A stretch of 64,000 nt of DNA from Balanoglossus misakiensis. Its lineage: Eukaryota > Animalia > Hemichordata. The notes under the pieces are model-generated. The model saw nothing but the letters and a program-made list of their open reading frames with translations. It was not told where the DNA came from and did not search any database. The translations under genes were made by a program, and so were the position numbers. The DNA is taken from positions 18,760,303-18,824,302 of the forward strand of contig CM082577.2 in the NCBI GenBank assembly GCA_040954595.2. The letters run 5' to 3'. Positions 46,001 to 61,400 of the stretch are shown here, in pieces (within the stretch, counting starts at the first letter, position 1; each line of letters begins with the position of its first letter).

Positions 46001-49000
46001 CTGTGGTATGACGCCAGCCCCAAGAAGCTTCTTACTTCTGTGACTGTCTCAGGAATCGGCCAGTCTCTAATAGCCTTGACCTTTCCTGGATCAGTAGCAA
46101 CCCCTTCCCGAGAAACACGATGCCCCAAAAACTCAACACTGCGTGCAAAAAGCACACACTTACTCGGCTTTAATTTGAGATTTGAAGTACGAAGACGTTC
46201 AAATACCTTGCACAACCTTTCCAACTCTTCATCAAATGATCTGCCAAATATTATGATGTCATCTAGATACAAAAGCATTATTTCCCACTGCATACCGGTA
46301 AAGACGCGCTCCATCAGACGTTCAAACGTACTAGGGGCATTACACAACCCAAACGGGAGCACCCTCCACTGATAGAGTCCACTGCGCGTGACAAATGCGT
46401 TCTTTTCTTTAGATCCCTCGTCCAGTTCTACCTGCCAATACCCTGCTTGGAGGTCTAGCGTAGAAAACCATTCCGACCCGTACAACGCATCTAAAGAATC
46501 GTTTATTCGTGGTATAGGGTAGGCATCTTTAATTGACACAGCGTTCAATTTTCTATAATCAACGCACAATCTTTGTGACCCATCTTTCTTACTAACAAGT
46601 ACACACGGGGCTGCCCATGGACTAGTTGATTCTTCTATCAAACCCCGCTGTAACAAGTCAGAAACCTGTCGTTCTATTTCTTCCCGTTTCCATACCGGAG
46701 TTCAATATGCGGGTTGCCTTACTGGCGTGGCATTATTGGTTTCAATTTTATGTCGAATGATCCCAGTTTTACCAATATCATGATCTCCCCGACTAAACAC
46801 ATCATGGTACAGTGTCAACATCTTTAAAACCCTTTCTTGTTGGTAAACTGATAATTTTTTGCAAATTCTTGTGTATAAATCCAGTACATGACCTGGAAGA
46901 GGAACATTGCTTCCAGGGCAGGCTTTTGCCTCTTCAGTGCCAGAGGGCGCTCTATCACTGTCATTACCCCAAGATTCAACTGCACACTGATCGGTTCGGA
47001 GTAATCTCACAACAGTACCAGCCCTCACATGTACAGGTTCAACACTAGCATTGAGAACTCTAACTGGTAAATGGGTAGATCTCGTGGTCACTAAAGCTTT
47101 ACATGTCATAATGCCTTGCTCCAGCAATTTACCCCCTTGTACTGGTAACACAACCGCTGTAAGACAAGTATCCGGGGAAGACTTATCTGTTCTCCCCACC
47201 CAGGTTGAATGAATTCTCATTCCCTGTGCACACCCACTTCCAACCTTTGCTGGTCCCGCAAACCAAGGTTCACTGGCGATTGGAGTCCTACACATTTTAG
47301 CCGGAATAATCATTTCATGTCCAGGGGGAACAAAAACGTCTCCCGCTACCTTTACACGACAAATGAACGGTTTCATTGTACCAGTGTTACTACATTTCAA
47401 CCGTTCCCCTTTAATGACTAGCTCCCCTGTCCCTGTATCAATAATACACCCAATTGAATGTAGAAAGCTTATACCAATAATGCCATCAGAGCATAGTTCA
47501 GCTACCCACTAATACCGGAGAGATAGCCCTAGCCCCACCCAAGCAGATATCTAGGTTAACAACTCCACTAACCATAAGTGGTGTACCATCAGCTTGGTTC
47601 ACCTTTACATTTATTGGTTGCAATGCACCGTGAACTCCCACTGAAATTTTCCTATACATTTCTTCTGATATCACCATATCAGTTGCTCCCGTATCAACCA
47701 GAAAATTCCCCGATACACCACCGGCAGAGGCCTGTATGTACATACTTCTGACACTTGTATTGTTATTAGCCGGTTGAATTTCCCTAATATTTCCAGTAGT
47801 CTGCACACACTGATCAACTGCCTCCCCTTTGGGTCCATACTGGTTGGCTGAGGGTTGACCCGACTTCCGCTCAGCCCCTAATCGTTTCCCGAAACCTTGG
47901 GTCGGGTGGGACAGTCCCGCTTCAGATGCCCTGATTCATTACAGTGCCAACACAAACGGCCACTCTGAACTTGTCCAGATGGGTTTTTTATACTAGTGTT
48001 GACCACACGGGCCTTAACCTTTTGGTCAAGTTCAGCTAATTTGTCGGTGATCAAATCAACTTTGTTTGCTATCACCCCTATCACTGACTCCAGAGTCTGA
48101 GCCATTTTTGCGTCACCCGCTTCAATACCTCTCACTTGTTTACCCAACCCTTTATTGGTTTCAGGGCCATGGCTTTTCTCTAATAACTGAAAATTCTCCT
48201 CCCAAACTGTAGCCTGTATAATGTCGTCAAGTGTGGCACTGGGGGTCCTACCCGCTTCATTAACACGCCTACGCATAGCAGAATCAGTCAATAAATTGAA
48301 AAATGCGTCTATACATAGCCGTTCGAATATGTGACCTTTGGCATCAGGGTACCCAAGTGTTACCATTTCCCTGATATCCTGTCCAAGCCCACTTAGAGAC
48401 TCGCTGGGCTGGAGTACTCTTTGTCTTAATTTTAAACGATAGGTGTCTTCCTGTCCCCCAAAACCAAATCTATGATCTAGTAGTTTGCACACTTTCTGGT
48501 ATGTCAATGACTTTCTGTCAATTGATGTTAACAGCCGCTGGGCTGCCCCATACAACATGGCTTGGAGATACTTCAACTTTTCAACCTCTCTCCACACATT
48601 TATTTCCGCATAAATTTCAAAGTGTGCGAAATAATCATGCCATGCAAGCGATCCATCATACTTATCAGGCTTAAGTATGGACCCGTGTTTACCTGTACAT
48701 GATTTGCTATAGATCCTTCACTACGCACGGCGATATACCGCAGTGCAAAATCGGTCAGTCAATAGTTAAATCACTTCACTGGAGAACACACAATTTCCAC
48801 CCTCCTGAACCAAATACCTAGAAAACCCTAGCTAAACCTTGGAATCGAATTTCCAAACAGACTATCGTTGTTTCCCGTTCTGGCAGATAATTGTTTTGCT
48901 ACCGTGTAGAGCGGGTATATGAATCCACCCACATAAGGTGTATGCCCCCGGACCTACGCGGTTTGTGCAACGTGCCGGATCGAACAACAACGACGTCTAC

Positions 49001-49525
49001 CCAGTATGCAAGATGGCTACAATATGGCGCCAAAACGCATACACTCGCCTACAATAACAGAGTTACTTACAGCAGATCTGGAAACCGATGCGTTCATCAT
49101 GCAGTACAACTATCCCAACCGCTGTCGTGGACCCGGTAATGGTAGCGTCGCCCACGATGAAATCCTCCCGTACACTTCAACTGGACTACCAACCACCTCG
49201 ACAGGGTCGGATCGCTTGGAATAGTTGTCAGTGAACACCCTCTCACATGTACATTGACTCAGCGCAACACCAGCCGGAATGGTTAACAAGAACAACGGAT
49301 TTATGTGTATTTCGACTGTGTTACAAACTTTCACGTCTGCCCAGTTCGGAGGTGGAAACCCAAGAGAGCGAGAATGAGGTGTATCCCCAGCAAAAGTAGC
49401 CCGCCCCAACTATTACCCAATCAGCACGAATGTGAAGTTCACGTGATATAGTCCGGCCAATCACAGTTCCAGCCTGCTTCCTGATAGGCTCAAGCAGCGG
49501 TAACTTTGCAAGGTTTTCCATGACA
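43081..49525 (-). mobile_element. Gypsy A copy 3 (integrase part like copy 2; RT, protease and gag like copy 1)
   Basis: ORFs 43465-45134 match 19984-21653 and ORFs 45409-48597 match 6534-9722. Confidence 0.93.
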
Positions 49526-49999
49526 TTATTGTGATATATAGGTGAGAAATATATTGGAAAATGTCTTGATTACAAAAATATGTCATGAAATTATTGACTA
49601 GCAAGAACCATGTGTATATGTATGGCCAAGGGGAAATTTTTAACTTCTAGTTCTGAACATTAACGTTATTGCGCAGGCTACTGTAACCACATTCAAATAA
49701 TACATACAATTTTCTGTTGCACCAGTGCTTTGACCTTACAGTAATTCTACCTCACGATGACGTCAGTCAGGGATCCCGTGAGATTGCACAAATCTCCCAT
49801 GATTCAGTGCGCATTCTACCCTTTTCAGTCTAGGCGTACTTTATCGGGGGTCCCCAAAAATTTGGGATTTCGCCAGAATTATTTACACTTTAAGTGAACC
49901 AAGTTCACGAGTGTGAAGATCGAAAATATTCAATCATTATACCTCAAAGAAATCTGTGAAAATTTCACACATAAAGCCGAAAACGGCAAAACAGACGGC

Positions 50000-51565
50000 A
50001 TGGCGAAGACCGCCAGCAGTGCGAATGAACTGTCTGCACTCGAGTTGGACGCTGACGCTGCTGTGAGACCCTTATCAAGAGACTCCTCTCGTGCTATGAC
50101 CAGAACCAATACTGTAGCTGGCAAAAGTAGGAAATCCGATAAGCCAACACAAGTTTCACGTGCAGATCGCAGACAAGAGATGATTAATATTACGTCCACT
50201 CGCAAGAACTCGAACTATGAGGAGCAAACAAATATGGCGCCTGTTCCATACAGCGCTGATGCTAACGGTGACGTCATCGTCCCCGTCCAGACACAGAAGC
50301 CCGCGCCGGGGTTGCTGGACGGTACTGATAGAAATCACGTACCGATGGTTGCGGACATTCCGCTAACAACAGTGACGACGTCAAACGAAAATGCAAACCA
50401 CGATTTGACTACAATTTTAGGTCACTTTTCGGCTATGCAACAACAATCCATGCAAGCCTTTGCACAGGTCATGTCCGATACTATGCACAAGACATTAGCC
50501 GAAGCCCTAACAGATGGCAATCGCAAACGTCCCGCTGGGCCAGGGAATGAAAATCATGACAGAAACATTGGAGGTAAGAGACCAAAAATTCCAATCAGCG
50601 GAGATGAACACGAGATTCAAAGACTTTCAGTTTTGGCAAATGAATATGATGGGACTAATCACAAAGTGGAAAGCGTATCGGCCCATTCAAACGCTGAGGA
50701 AGATATCGATACAATAGTATCAAACATGATCGAATCGGAAATTCAGCAGACAACACAGTTGCAACAGGATGTAACTGCTGATACAGGGGATGAAACCGAC
50801 AACGAAAGTGCATCGGTTGGGCTGGGACAAGCCTCAGATAACTGGCTCAGTGACCTTGCCCAAGAACTTGATTTGGAGGACAACAAATTTGGGCCTCCAG
50901 TTGTAACAAAATTGGCTGAAATAGCCAACAAAATGATGACGACACCCCTGGGGAAAGATTGCTTGAAGGAGAAATTTAAGCAATACTATGCGCCTGAGAA
51001 TTGTGACAAAGTCGTGGTGGCCAAAGTCAACAAAGAAATCTGGTACAAAGTAAAACCAGAAACAAGGTCTCGTGACATTAAGTTACAGGCTGTGCAAAAG
51101 TGCATGATCAAAGCCATGATACCAGTATTGCAAATAACTGATGGTTTACTTCACGCCAAGAAATCAGTTACAAAGGTCGATGTTTCCAAAACTGTGAAGC
51201 AGCTCACAGATTCCCTTGCCTTCTTGGGTCAAGGATGTTGGGAGATAAACCAAAGACGTAGAGCCATGATAAGGCCTGACCTTAATCGCCAATATCAGCA
51301 ACTCTGCTCCAAACAAGTACCACTGACAACATTCCTCTTCGGAGATGATCTTGCAAAGCAAGTGAATGACATCAAAACCACCAACCGGGTTAGCTCCAAG
51401 TTGTCAGGCAACCACAAATATAAAACTGTACAAGGCTATGGTCGTGGTGGCGGTTTCCGGGGCAACTACCAAAATGCAAGAGGAAAAAACTCTTACCCCT
51501 TCCGCAGAAAGCAGCAACATCATAATGCTCCCTTGTGGAAGAGAGGGACAGAGGGCCAAAAGTAG
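50000..51565 (+). CDS. DIRS1-like ORF1 copy 3 (intact; element fragment spans ~49745-51720)
   Basis: Translation matches 11125-12690. Confidence 0.75.
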   Translation: MAKTASSANELSALELDADAAVRPLSRDSSRAMTRTNTVAGKSRKSDKPTQVSRADRRQEMINITSTRKNSNYEEQTNMAPVPYSADANGDVIVPVQTQKPAPGLLDGTDRNHVPMVADIPLTTVTTSNENANHDLTTILGHFSAMQQQSMQAFAQVMSDTMHKTLAEALTDGNRKRPAGPGNENHDRNIGGKRPKIPISGDEHEIQRLSVLANEYDGTNHKVESVSAHSNAEEDIDTIVSNMIESEIQQTTQLQQDVTADTGDETDNESASVGLGQASDNWLSDLAQELDLEDNKFGPPVVTKLAEIANKMMTTPLGKDCLKEKFKQYYAPENCDKVVVAKVNKEIWYKVKPETRSRDIKLQAVQKCMIKAMIPVLQITDGLLHAKKSVTKVDVSKTVKQLTDSLAFLGQGCWEINQRRRAMIRPDLNRQYQQLCSKQVPLTTFLFGDDLAKQVNDIKTTNRVSSKLSGNHKYKTVQGYGRGGGFRGNYQNARGKNSYPFRRKQQHHNAPLWKRGTEGQK

Positions 51566-53300
51566 TGGACATGCCCCAGGTTAGTGATGAAGGTGAGCAC
51601 AAATACACAGAAAACGTGCCAGTCAAGCCATTTGAGGCAGGTGCACTGAGACAATATGTAAATAAATTTTGACCATGGTACAAGGTTGCGAAATTGAATT
51701 TGTGAAATCACCATGGCAAACCCAAGAGAGCGAGAATGAGGTGTATCCCCAGCAAAAGTAGCCCGCCCCAACTATTACCCAATCAGCACGAATGTGAAGT
51801 TCACGTGATATAGTCCGGCCAATCACAGTTCCAGCCTACTTCCTGATAGGCTCAAGCAGCGGTAACTTTGCAAGGTTTTCCATGACATTATTGTGATATA
51901 TAGGTGAGAAATATATTGGAAAATGTCTTCATTACAAAAATATGTCATGAAATTATTGACTAGCAAGAACCATGTGTATATGTATGGCCAAGGGGAAATT
52001 TTTAACTTCTAGTTCTGAACATTAACGTTATTGCGCAGGCTACTGTAACCACATTCAAATAATACATACAATTTTCTGTTGCACCAGTGCTTTGACCTTA
52101 CAGTAATTAATTACTACTACACAGGTCAGGAACACTGAGAAGGCGGCCTTAAATTATGCATTTACATTTGAGGAATTTTTTGCCCATTTGTTATGATGTA
52201 ACTTTCAATATTTCTTGTTGTAGTATGAAATTTTCAATGTCAAAAAGTGATCAGACAACACCTGTAGCTAAAAATCTATTTGGTATTGGTACATTTCGGA
52301 TATATCTAAATTGTACCAATTTTAGTCTAGAAATATGTATACCTTAGGTAGCTTTTGTTTTCAAACAAATGGTTCATAAGGTATACCTTATTTATGGTTA
52401 ATTTGGTATACCTATTTATGGCAAAACGACCAAATCCAAGATTTTTTTTCCAACCGAATGAGGCATTTCAGGAATACCTAAATAGTACCTTTTCAATCGA
52501 AAAAGTATATATTTGGTATACTAATTAGTTAATTTAAAGACCAAATATGGACTACCTAAGATAGCCCTTTTTTAAAACAATAGGTACATTTTAAGTATAC
52601 CTAAATAGTACCTATTTAGTCCGGGAAAGTATACCTTAGGTATATTTCTAGTGTACTAGAATTTCGTAAGGGTGTTCCTGCACACCACCCTATTGCTGCA
52701 CAGTTCCTGCACAGGCTACCCTATTGCTGCACAGTTCCTGCACACAGGCCATCTTACTACTGCACAGTTCTTGCAGACTGTCCTATTCCTGCACAGTTAC
52801 CGCTTGCCTTGTTCCTGCACTAGTGCAGCAACACCTCATTTGCATGCGAAAAGTCGCCTTGCAGCAGAGCTGCAGCAACTTTCTATTGCACCGGTGCTGC
52901 AACCTTGTGGTATTGCTACTGCACCAGTGCAGCAACACTGTGCAGGAGGCCTTAAATTTTCATAAGGGCTATAGGTATGCACATAATTAATGATGTTTGA
53001 ATATGGTACTAGAAATGTACAGTACACTGATACACTGATCAGCTGACCTTTTGTTTACGCATACGCCATTGCTCCGTTCTCGATCTGTCCCAGAGTCTGA
53101 ATTTTTCGCACCTATAGATTTTAAAGATTTTTGAAGTCTGCAAATTCACTGGCATTGACAAAACTATAACATAATAAGTATAATGTACGCCCCATAATGT
53201 ACTTGGCATTCGCCTCGCACATTAGGTTGCACAATGTGTGCTTTCGTCCATTATGGGTCTTCGGGGCGTACATTATTCTCTAACCAATGATCATTGCTCA

Positions 53301-53773
<473 letters not shown>

Positions 53774-53935
53774 CTGTTGAGGGTAAAGTAGAGAACACAA
53801 GTGATTTGGCTTACAGACTGACCAACACAGACGTGGACAAGGGTGTTATGTCCATGAAAATCTACCTAAATATGTACATTCGCAATGGCAGAATTCATGA
53901 ATGTTCCTGCAAACATCTTCAAAGAGCTCCATTAA

Positions 53936-54568
53936 CCCTTTGAACATCGCTCGGAGGTTTACCGCCGCAGGATGACCTTTTGACCCATAATTTTTCAATA
54001 TGCTGACGTCAAGGCATTTTCCCGCCGACATTGTAAATCCAGCCATATGAAAGCAAGTTAAAAAGCTAGGGGACCCTAATGTGACCTTCCAAATGACTTG
54101 AAATTGATTCCTATGCGAGCGACTACATAAAAAATAGTGATATCCAAGCAGCGATTTTTAGCGAAAGTTGACAGAGATTTAAAAATGGCGACCCGACGAT
54201 AGTTACGCATTGATCCATTGCAAGATGAGGATGCTTTCTGGGCTCATTTTGACCGAGTACTAGTAGATAGTAGCTCAGAAAGTGAAGATGAAGAACAAGA
54301 CCAGCCTGACATCGTTATGGACCAAGATGGTGACCCCAACCGCGCGAACGATGAAGAAGAATTTGAGCCAGAGCCCGCGATCCAGCCACCCCCACCAGTT
54401 CGGCAACGAGTGAGAAGACTGCCCCGAGCCCGCGAAGTAAACCCACCACCTATGATATGGCAGGGCATCATAATAAACGGTAGGCAGGCTCCTATTTATA
54501 ATCAACGACGTGGACCGACGAGACAAATGCCAACTGACAGTACACCATTAGATTATTTTCGGACATAA
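53936..54568 (+). mobile_element. piggyBac-like 5' fragment (unit 3)
   Basis: Copy of 15061-15693. Confidence 0.7.
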
Positions 54569-56117
54569 AGTCATCGTCATCGTCGTGTCGTGTCACAATC
54601 ATTATTTTGGACATATGCTTACTGTGTGATGAAAGGTGAGAGCGCAGTCAAAAGGTCGGGCTGAATAATACAGAGACTCTGAAAATATGGTACCTTATTC
54701 TTATCAAACATGTTGATGGATATTTTGACAATTGTGACATGTGAACATTTACAAAAAAATGAAATAAATTTGCTTCAAACTCATTGGCAAAACAAGGACA
54801 TGGAGTTGTTGTATATTTGTTATTATTGAGATATATAGGTGAGCAATATATTGGAAAATATCTTCATTACAAAAATATGTCGTGAAATTATTGACTAGCA
54901 AGAACCATGTGTATATGTATGGCCAAGGAGAAATTTTTAACTTCTAGTTCTGAACATTAACGTTATTGCGCAGGCTACTGTAACCACATTCAAATAATAC
55001 ACACAATTTTCTGTTGCACCAGTGCTTTGACCTTACAGTAATTAATTACTACTACACAGGTCAGGAACACTGAGAAGGCGGTCTTAAATTATGCATTTGG
55101 TATTGGTACATTTCGGATATATCTAAATTGTACCAATTTTAGTCTAGAAATATGTATACCTTAGGTAGCTTTTGTTTTCAAACAAATGGTTCATTAGGTA
55201 TACCTAAATTATGGTTCATTGGGTATACCTATTTATGGCAAAACGACCAAATCCAAGATTTTTTTTAAACCGAAAGAGGCATTTCAGGAATACCTAAATA
55301 GTACCTTTTCAATCGAAAAAGTAAACTTTTGGTATACCAATTAGTAAATTTAAAGACCAAATCTGGACTACCTAAGGTAGCCCTTTTTTAAAGCAATACG
55401 TACATTTTAAGTATACCTAAATAGTACCTATTTAGTCCGGGAAAGTATACCTTAGGTATATTTCTAGTGTACCAGAATTTCGTAAGGGTGTTCCTGCACA
55501 CCACCCTATTGCTGCACAGTTCCTGCACAGGCCACCCTATTGCTGCACAGTTCCTGCACACAGGCCATCTTACTACTGCACAGTTCTTGCAGACTGTCCT
55601 ATTCCTGCACAGTTACCGCTTGCCTTGTTCCTGCACTAGTGCAGCAACACCTCATTTGCATGCGAAAAAGTCGCCTTGCAGCAGAGCTGCAGCAACTTTC
55701 TATTGCAACGGTGCTGCAACCTTGTGGTATTGCTACTGCACCAGTGCAGCAACACTGTGCAGGAGGCCTTAAATTTTCATAAGGGCTATAGGTATGCACA
55801 TAATTAACGATGTTTGAATATGATACTAGAAATGTACAGTACACTGATACACTGATCAGCTGACCTTTTGTTTACGCATACGCCATTGCTCCGTTCTCGA
55901 TCTGTCTCAGAGTCTGAATTTTTCGCACCTATAGATTATAAAGATTTTTGAAGTCTGCAAATTCACTGGCATTGACAAAACTATAACATAATAAGTATAA
56001 TATACGCCCCATAATGTACTCGGCATTCGCCTCGCACATTATGTTGCACAATGTGTGCTTTCGTCCATTATGGGTCTTCGGGGCATACATTATTCTCTAA
56101 CCAATGATCATTGCTCA

Positions 56118-56596
<479 letters not shown>

Positions 56597-56775
56597 CTGT
56601 TGAGGGTAAAGTAGAGAACACAAGTGATTTGGCTTACAGACTGACCAACACAGACGTGGACAAAGGTGGTATGTCCATGAAAATCTACCTAAATATGTAC
56701 ATTCGCAATGTCAGAATTCATGAATGTTCCTGCAAACATCTTCAAAGAGCTACCTTGACTACCCAGTGACATTAA

Positions 56776-57960
56776 AGAGGAACGACACCCACAATTTTGG
56801 GCTTCAAAGTACAAACCGGGTGTCAAAAACGGCAACGTTCCGATGGGTTAATTCACTTTCACTTCCTGCGCAAGCAGAAGACGCGAGTTGAAAATACTAC
56901 AGTGACGTCAGCAACTTGCGTAGCAGTCAACGCGTAGCACTCTTACACATTCGACGTGTCATTTCCAATAAACAGACACATTTTGCGCGGATCTGACATG
57001 GCGAAATGTCAAGTTCATGATTTTAAAAACATATTCGGAAAATCGACGGGGATAAGTTTCTTTCAAAGGCAATGCTCTACGTGTATTGTATTTGTCAATG
57101 CGTGCAGACATAGACCCTGCAATGTCCACGATGCCATGCATGTCGACGTTTATGAACAAACCGTAAGGCCTATACAAAGTTGTTCTAACTGCCGCTGATA
57201 ATAATAAACGTACCGTTTTAAATCTTTCCTGCACGTTTTTTGGTACACGTATTTGGGTTTAATTTCCATTTATTGACGATCGCATAGTTATCAAATGAAA
57301 GCAACTAAAAAGGGCAGTTTTAATACATTTCAAGAGACGAAACATGCATAGAATAACTATGGTATTGGCTTCCATTATACTACGGACGTACTACACCTGG
57401 ACAGCAGGACGATGCACCCGCGTTCTTTTCAACTCCATAAAAGGTGACAAAGTATTTTTGTAAGAAAAGTGGTTCGAAAAGGTGACAACGAGTGAGAGAC
57501 AACAAGGGAGGGTATTGTTAATAGCATTGTCTGTTTCACCATAGACCCTAGGGTCTATGGTTTCACTGAAACCACACCAAGTGTAAGCCTTGACAAATGG
57601 GAAACATCGGAGATGATCAGAACTGCATGAACTTTTGTCCTCTGTAAAATTCAGTCTCTTGGTCGTAGAAGGGAATCTCTGGTTCAAAATTGTAGCCTAC
57701 TACCCGAGAATATGTTGCTATGCTAACGTCGTCGGTCGCGTGAGTGCAGGCGTGTATAAGCATAAGCTCGCTCCAACGCGTCGGCAGCGGACAACGGTAC
57801 CACAAGTTGCTGACGTCACTCACTTCCGGGTTCGCGCAGTTTTTGGCTGGCTGTAGCTCTGTTATGCGTAAGTGAAAGTGAATGAAACCAACGTTTTTCA
57901 TAGTATTTTTTTAATCGCATTTCGCAGAATTGGCTCAAAAACGGATCACAACGTTCCACT
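56776..57960. mobile_element. Kolobok-like element (unit 3, uninterrupted)
   Basis: Termini TTAA|AGAGGAACG ... CGTTCCACT|TTAA. Confidence 0.72.
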
Positions 57961-57964
57961 TTAA

Positions 57965-58474
57965 CCCTTTGAACCCCGCTCAGAGGTTTACCGCCGCAGG
58001 ATGACCTTTTGACCCCTAATTTTTCAATATGCTGACGTCAAGGCATTTTCCCGCCGACATTGTAAATCCAGCCATATGAAAGCAAGTTAGGAAGCTAGGG
58101 GACCCTAATGTGACCTTCCAAATGACTTGAAATCGATTCCTATGCGAGCGACTACATAAAAAATAGTGATATCCAAGCAGCGATTTTTAGCGAAAGTTGA
58201 CAGAGATTTAAAAATTGCGACCCGACGACAGTTACGCAATGATCCATTGCAAGACGAGGATGCTTTCTGGGCTCATTTTGACCGAGTACTAGTAGATAGT
58301 AGCTCAGAAAGTGAAGATGAAGAACAAGACCAGCCTGACATCGTTACGGACCAAGATGGTGACCCCAACCGCGCGAACGATGAAGAAGAATTTGAGCCAG
58401 AGCCCGCGATCCAGCCACCCCCACCAGTTCGGCAACGAGTGAGAAGACTGCCCCGTGCCCGCGAAGTAAACCCA
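57965..58474 (+). mobile_element. piggyBac-like 5' fragment fused to LTR A (end of unit 3)
   Basis: Copy of 19090-19599. Confidence 0.7.
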
Positions 58475-61400
58475 TTACCCAATCAGCACGAATGTGAAGT
58501 TAACGTGATATAGTCCGGCCAATCACAATTCCAGCCTACTTCCTGATAGGCTCAAGCAGCGGTAACTTTGCAAGGTTTTCCATGACATTCCCCCCAACTA
58601 GACTTGGTTACTCTCCGAGACCCAGTCATAGCAATCTAAACTACAATAACAAATGGAACACAGAAATCAATAATTCAAATACTAAGTCAAAAGAGCACAT
58701 CACTGTTTCTGTTTTAAAGTCTTTGACTCTTAGTGTTCGAAGGTGCAGTTCAATCTACCTTCTGTCTCAGTAAAATAAGTGTCCTTGTCAAATGGCACAC
58801 GTATCCTGGTACCCATTTTGTTTTCTTCATCGTCAACAGGTGCTTGAAGTTTTCGTCCTCAACAGGCGCCTGTGAATCCGTAGAAAAGCGTTGGCTTCCG
58901 GCTTCTTTTAGGGTATCTCTTAGGTGTATCTTCGTCTCTGATCATTTCCGGTTCAACCCCCGGTGGATCATCAGTGGTTACATCCAGGGTTTCTCCGCCT
59001 ACTGCTTCATCTGCATCAGTGTCAAAGTAGTGTTCTTGGGTTTCCGGTGGGGAATCCTCTTGACCGCTGGCATACGTCTTTCCATCAGCTGGCAATTTGT
59101 CAATAGGTTCTTCTGATTTTGGTCCACTTAGGGTCCTGGTGTCTGCTTTCTGGGTCTCTTCAAAGGGATCTTCAGGTCTGTTTTCTTGCACCCTCTCATC
59201 TAAGGGGGCAAGCTTCACTTTGTCTAGCCAGCCAGGTAGGCCAGGACCTGTGTATCCCTTCAGCTTCTCAAAGTGAACCACTTTAAACTTTGTCCGGGGC
59301 CCACGCTGGATCCGGTATACAACTTCAGTCAGTCTGTTCACCACCATATACGGTCCCTCATACGCCATCTGTAGTTTCGGGCTTTGACCCTTCTTCCTCC
59401 TTTCGTCTCTTAGCCAAACAAATTCACCAGGCTGGAAAGACTTATGAAGGGCATTACAATCGTAATATCTCTTATAGGTCCTAGTACTTGCCTTCAACTG
59501 CTCTCTTGCCCGGTAATGGGCATTTCGCAACTTATCGCGCAGTTTAGCCACATAGTCACCCCCAGATTCCTCCTCAAATTCAATCTCAAATATCAGATCG
59601 ATGGGCAGTGTCACCTCCCTACCCAGCATCATCATATTCGGAGTTTCACCTGTGGCTGGGTGTACCGAAGAGCGGTCGCCATTGTAGCGCAAGACAGATG
59701 TTGGTCCCAGTCTTTTTGGTATTTCAGGGGGTCCATATAAGACTTTATCGTAGACACAAGACAATGGTTAAATTTTTAAACCATCCCGTCTCCCTGTGGG
59801 TGTCAAGGCGTGGTGTATGTTTTGTCCACCCCTAGCAATTTGCAGACCTCCACGAATACTGACGAGATGAAATTTCGGCCTCTATCTGAATGTACCTCGT
59901 GAGGCATACCAAACCTACTGAAAAAATCGTCGACCAGTACCTTTGCCACTGTGGTTGCCATTGGAATAGGGAATGCCTCCATCCATTTGCTAAAATAGTC
60001 TCCGACAACCAATACCTTCAGGTAGCCATTGTAACTCTCCACAAATGGTCCCAGAACATCAATGGCCACCCTCTCCATGGGACACCCCACCACATACAAT
60101 TGTAAGGGAGCCTTGTGCCTTTTACCAGGCACCCGCTTGCGTGAAACACACCTCACATGAACGCACCCACGATCTGACATCTACAGACATGCCATGCCAG
60201 TAATACCTCTGCCTCATCTTGTCAAGTGTTTTTGTCATCCCTAAGTGACCACCTGCGTTTGCATCATGCAACCCTCCAATCACCACATTACAGCCGACTC
60301 CCATCTCCTGTACAGCACGCCCCTGTAGACTATCAATTGTTCATACATAGCCCAGTATGCCTTCGTGGCTGCCGAACACGGAGAGATCTCATTCCAGTCT
60401 AGTCGACTTTCCCTCCCCTCCCTAGCCTTCAAGACAACTGAAATATCAGGATCACTAAGTTGACAATCTCTAAGCTTTTCACTGGACCAAACGACTTCCC
60501 TGGCAACAACCTCTGCCTTTGTTGCCAAGGCATTCTCCCCAATGCCCTCCGCGGTTGGCCAGTCCTGTTCATCACAGCTGCCAGGATCAAAATTTTCCCA
60601 ATCACCTGGACAGCTGTCCTTGTTGTCATAGCCGTATCAAACAATCTGCAACCCTCTACTTTGGCATTTTTGTCCTGAGAACTGTCATCTAGTCTATCGG
60701 TCCCTCCACACTCTGGCAGTTCACGGTACAACTGTTCGAACCGTACAACACTATTTTGTCTCATCGATGGAGATTTGCATTCAAACTCTGGTGCAAGTGG
60801 ATTCAACGCACCTGTACCATTAGTGGTGGTTGGTTCGTGTGCCATACCACACTGTTTGCACTCACGCACTGGTTTCCGAGATAGCGCATCAGCATTTCCA
60901 TGGCGTACACCGGGACGATGGATACAGGCATAGTCAAAGCAACCGAGCGTCTCTAACCACCTCTGGGTTCTTGAAATTAAGCAACCACACTAATGCAGCA
61001 TGGTCAGTCCTCAGTGTGAATTTCTGGCCCAGTAAGTAGCGTTTGAAGTATTTTGTGTACTCGATTACAGCCAACAGTTCACGACGCGTTACACAGTACT
61101 TCCTTTCAGCACCCGATAGCACTCGGCCCGCATAACTAACAGGTCTCTCTTGGCCACCCTGTACTTGGCTCAACACTGCCCCTATGCCAATACCGCTAGC
61201 ATCTGTATCCAGTATGAACTCACCCTTTTCCATCGGAAAAGCCAAAACTGGTGCCGATGTTAGTCTTGCCTTGAGCTGATCAAATGCGTTTTGACAATTC
61301 TCTGTCCAAGCAAATACAGAATCTTTCTTTGTTAAGTCATGAAGAGGACGGGCCAATACAGCAAACCCCTGTACAAAGCGTCTGTGGTATGACGCCAGCC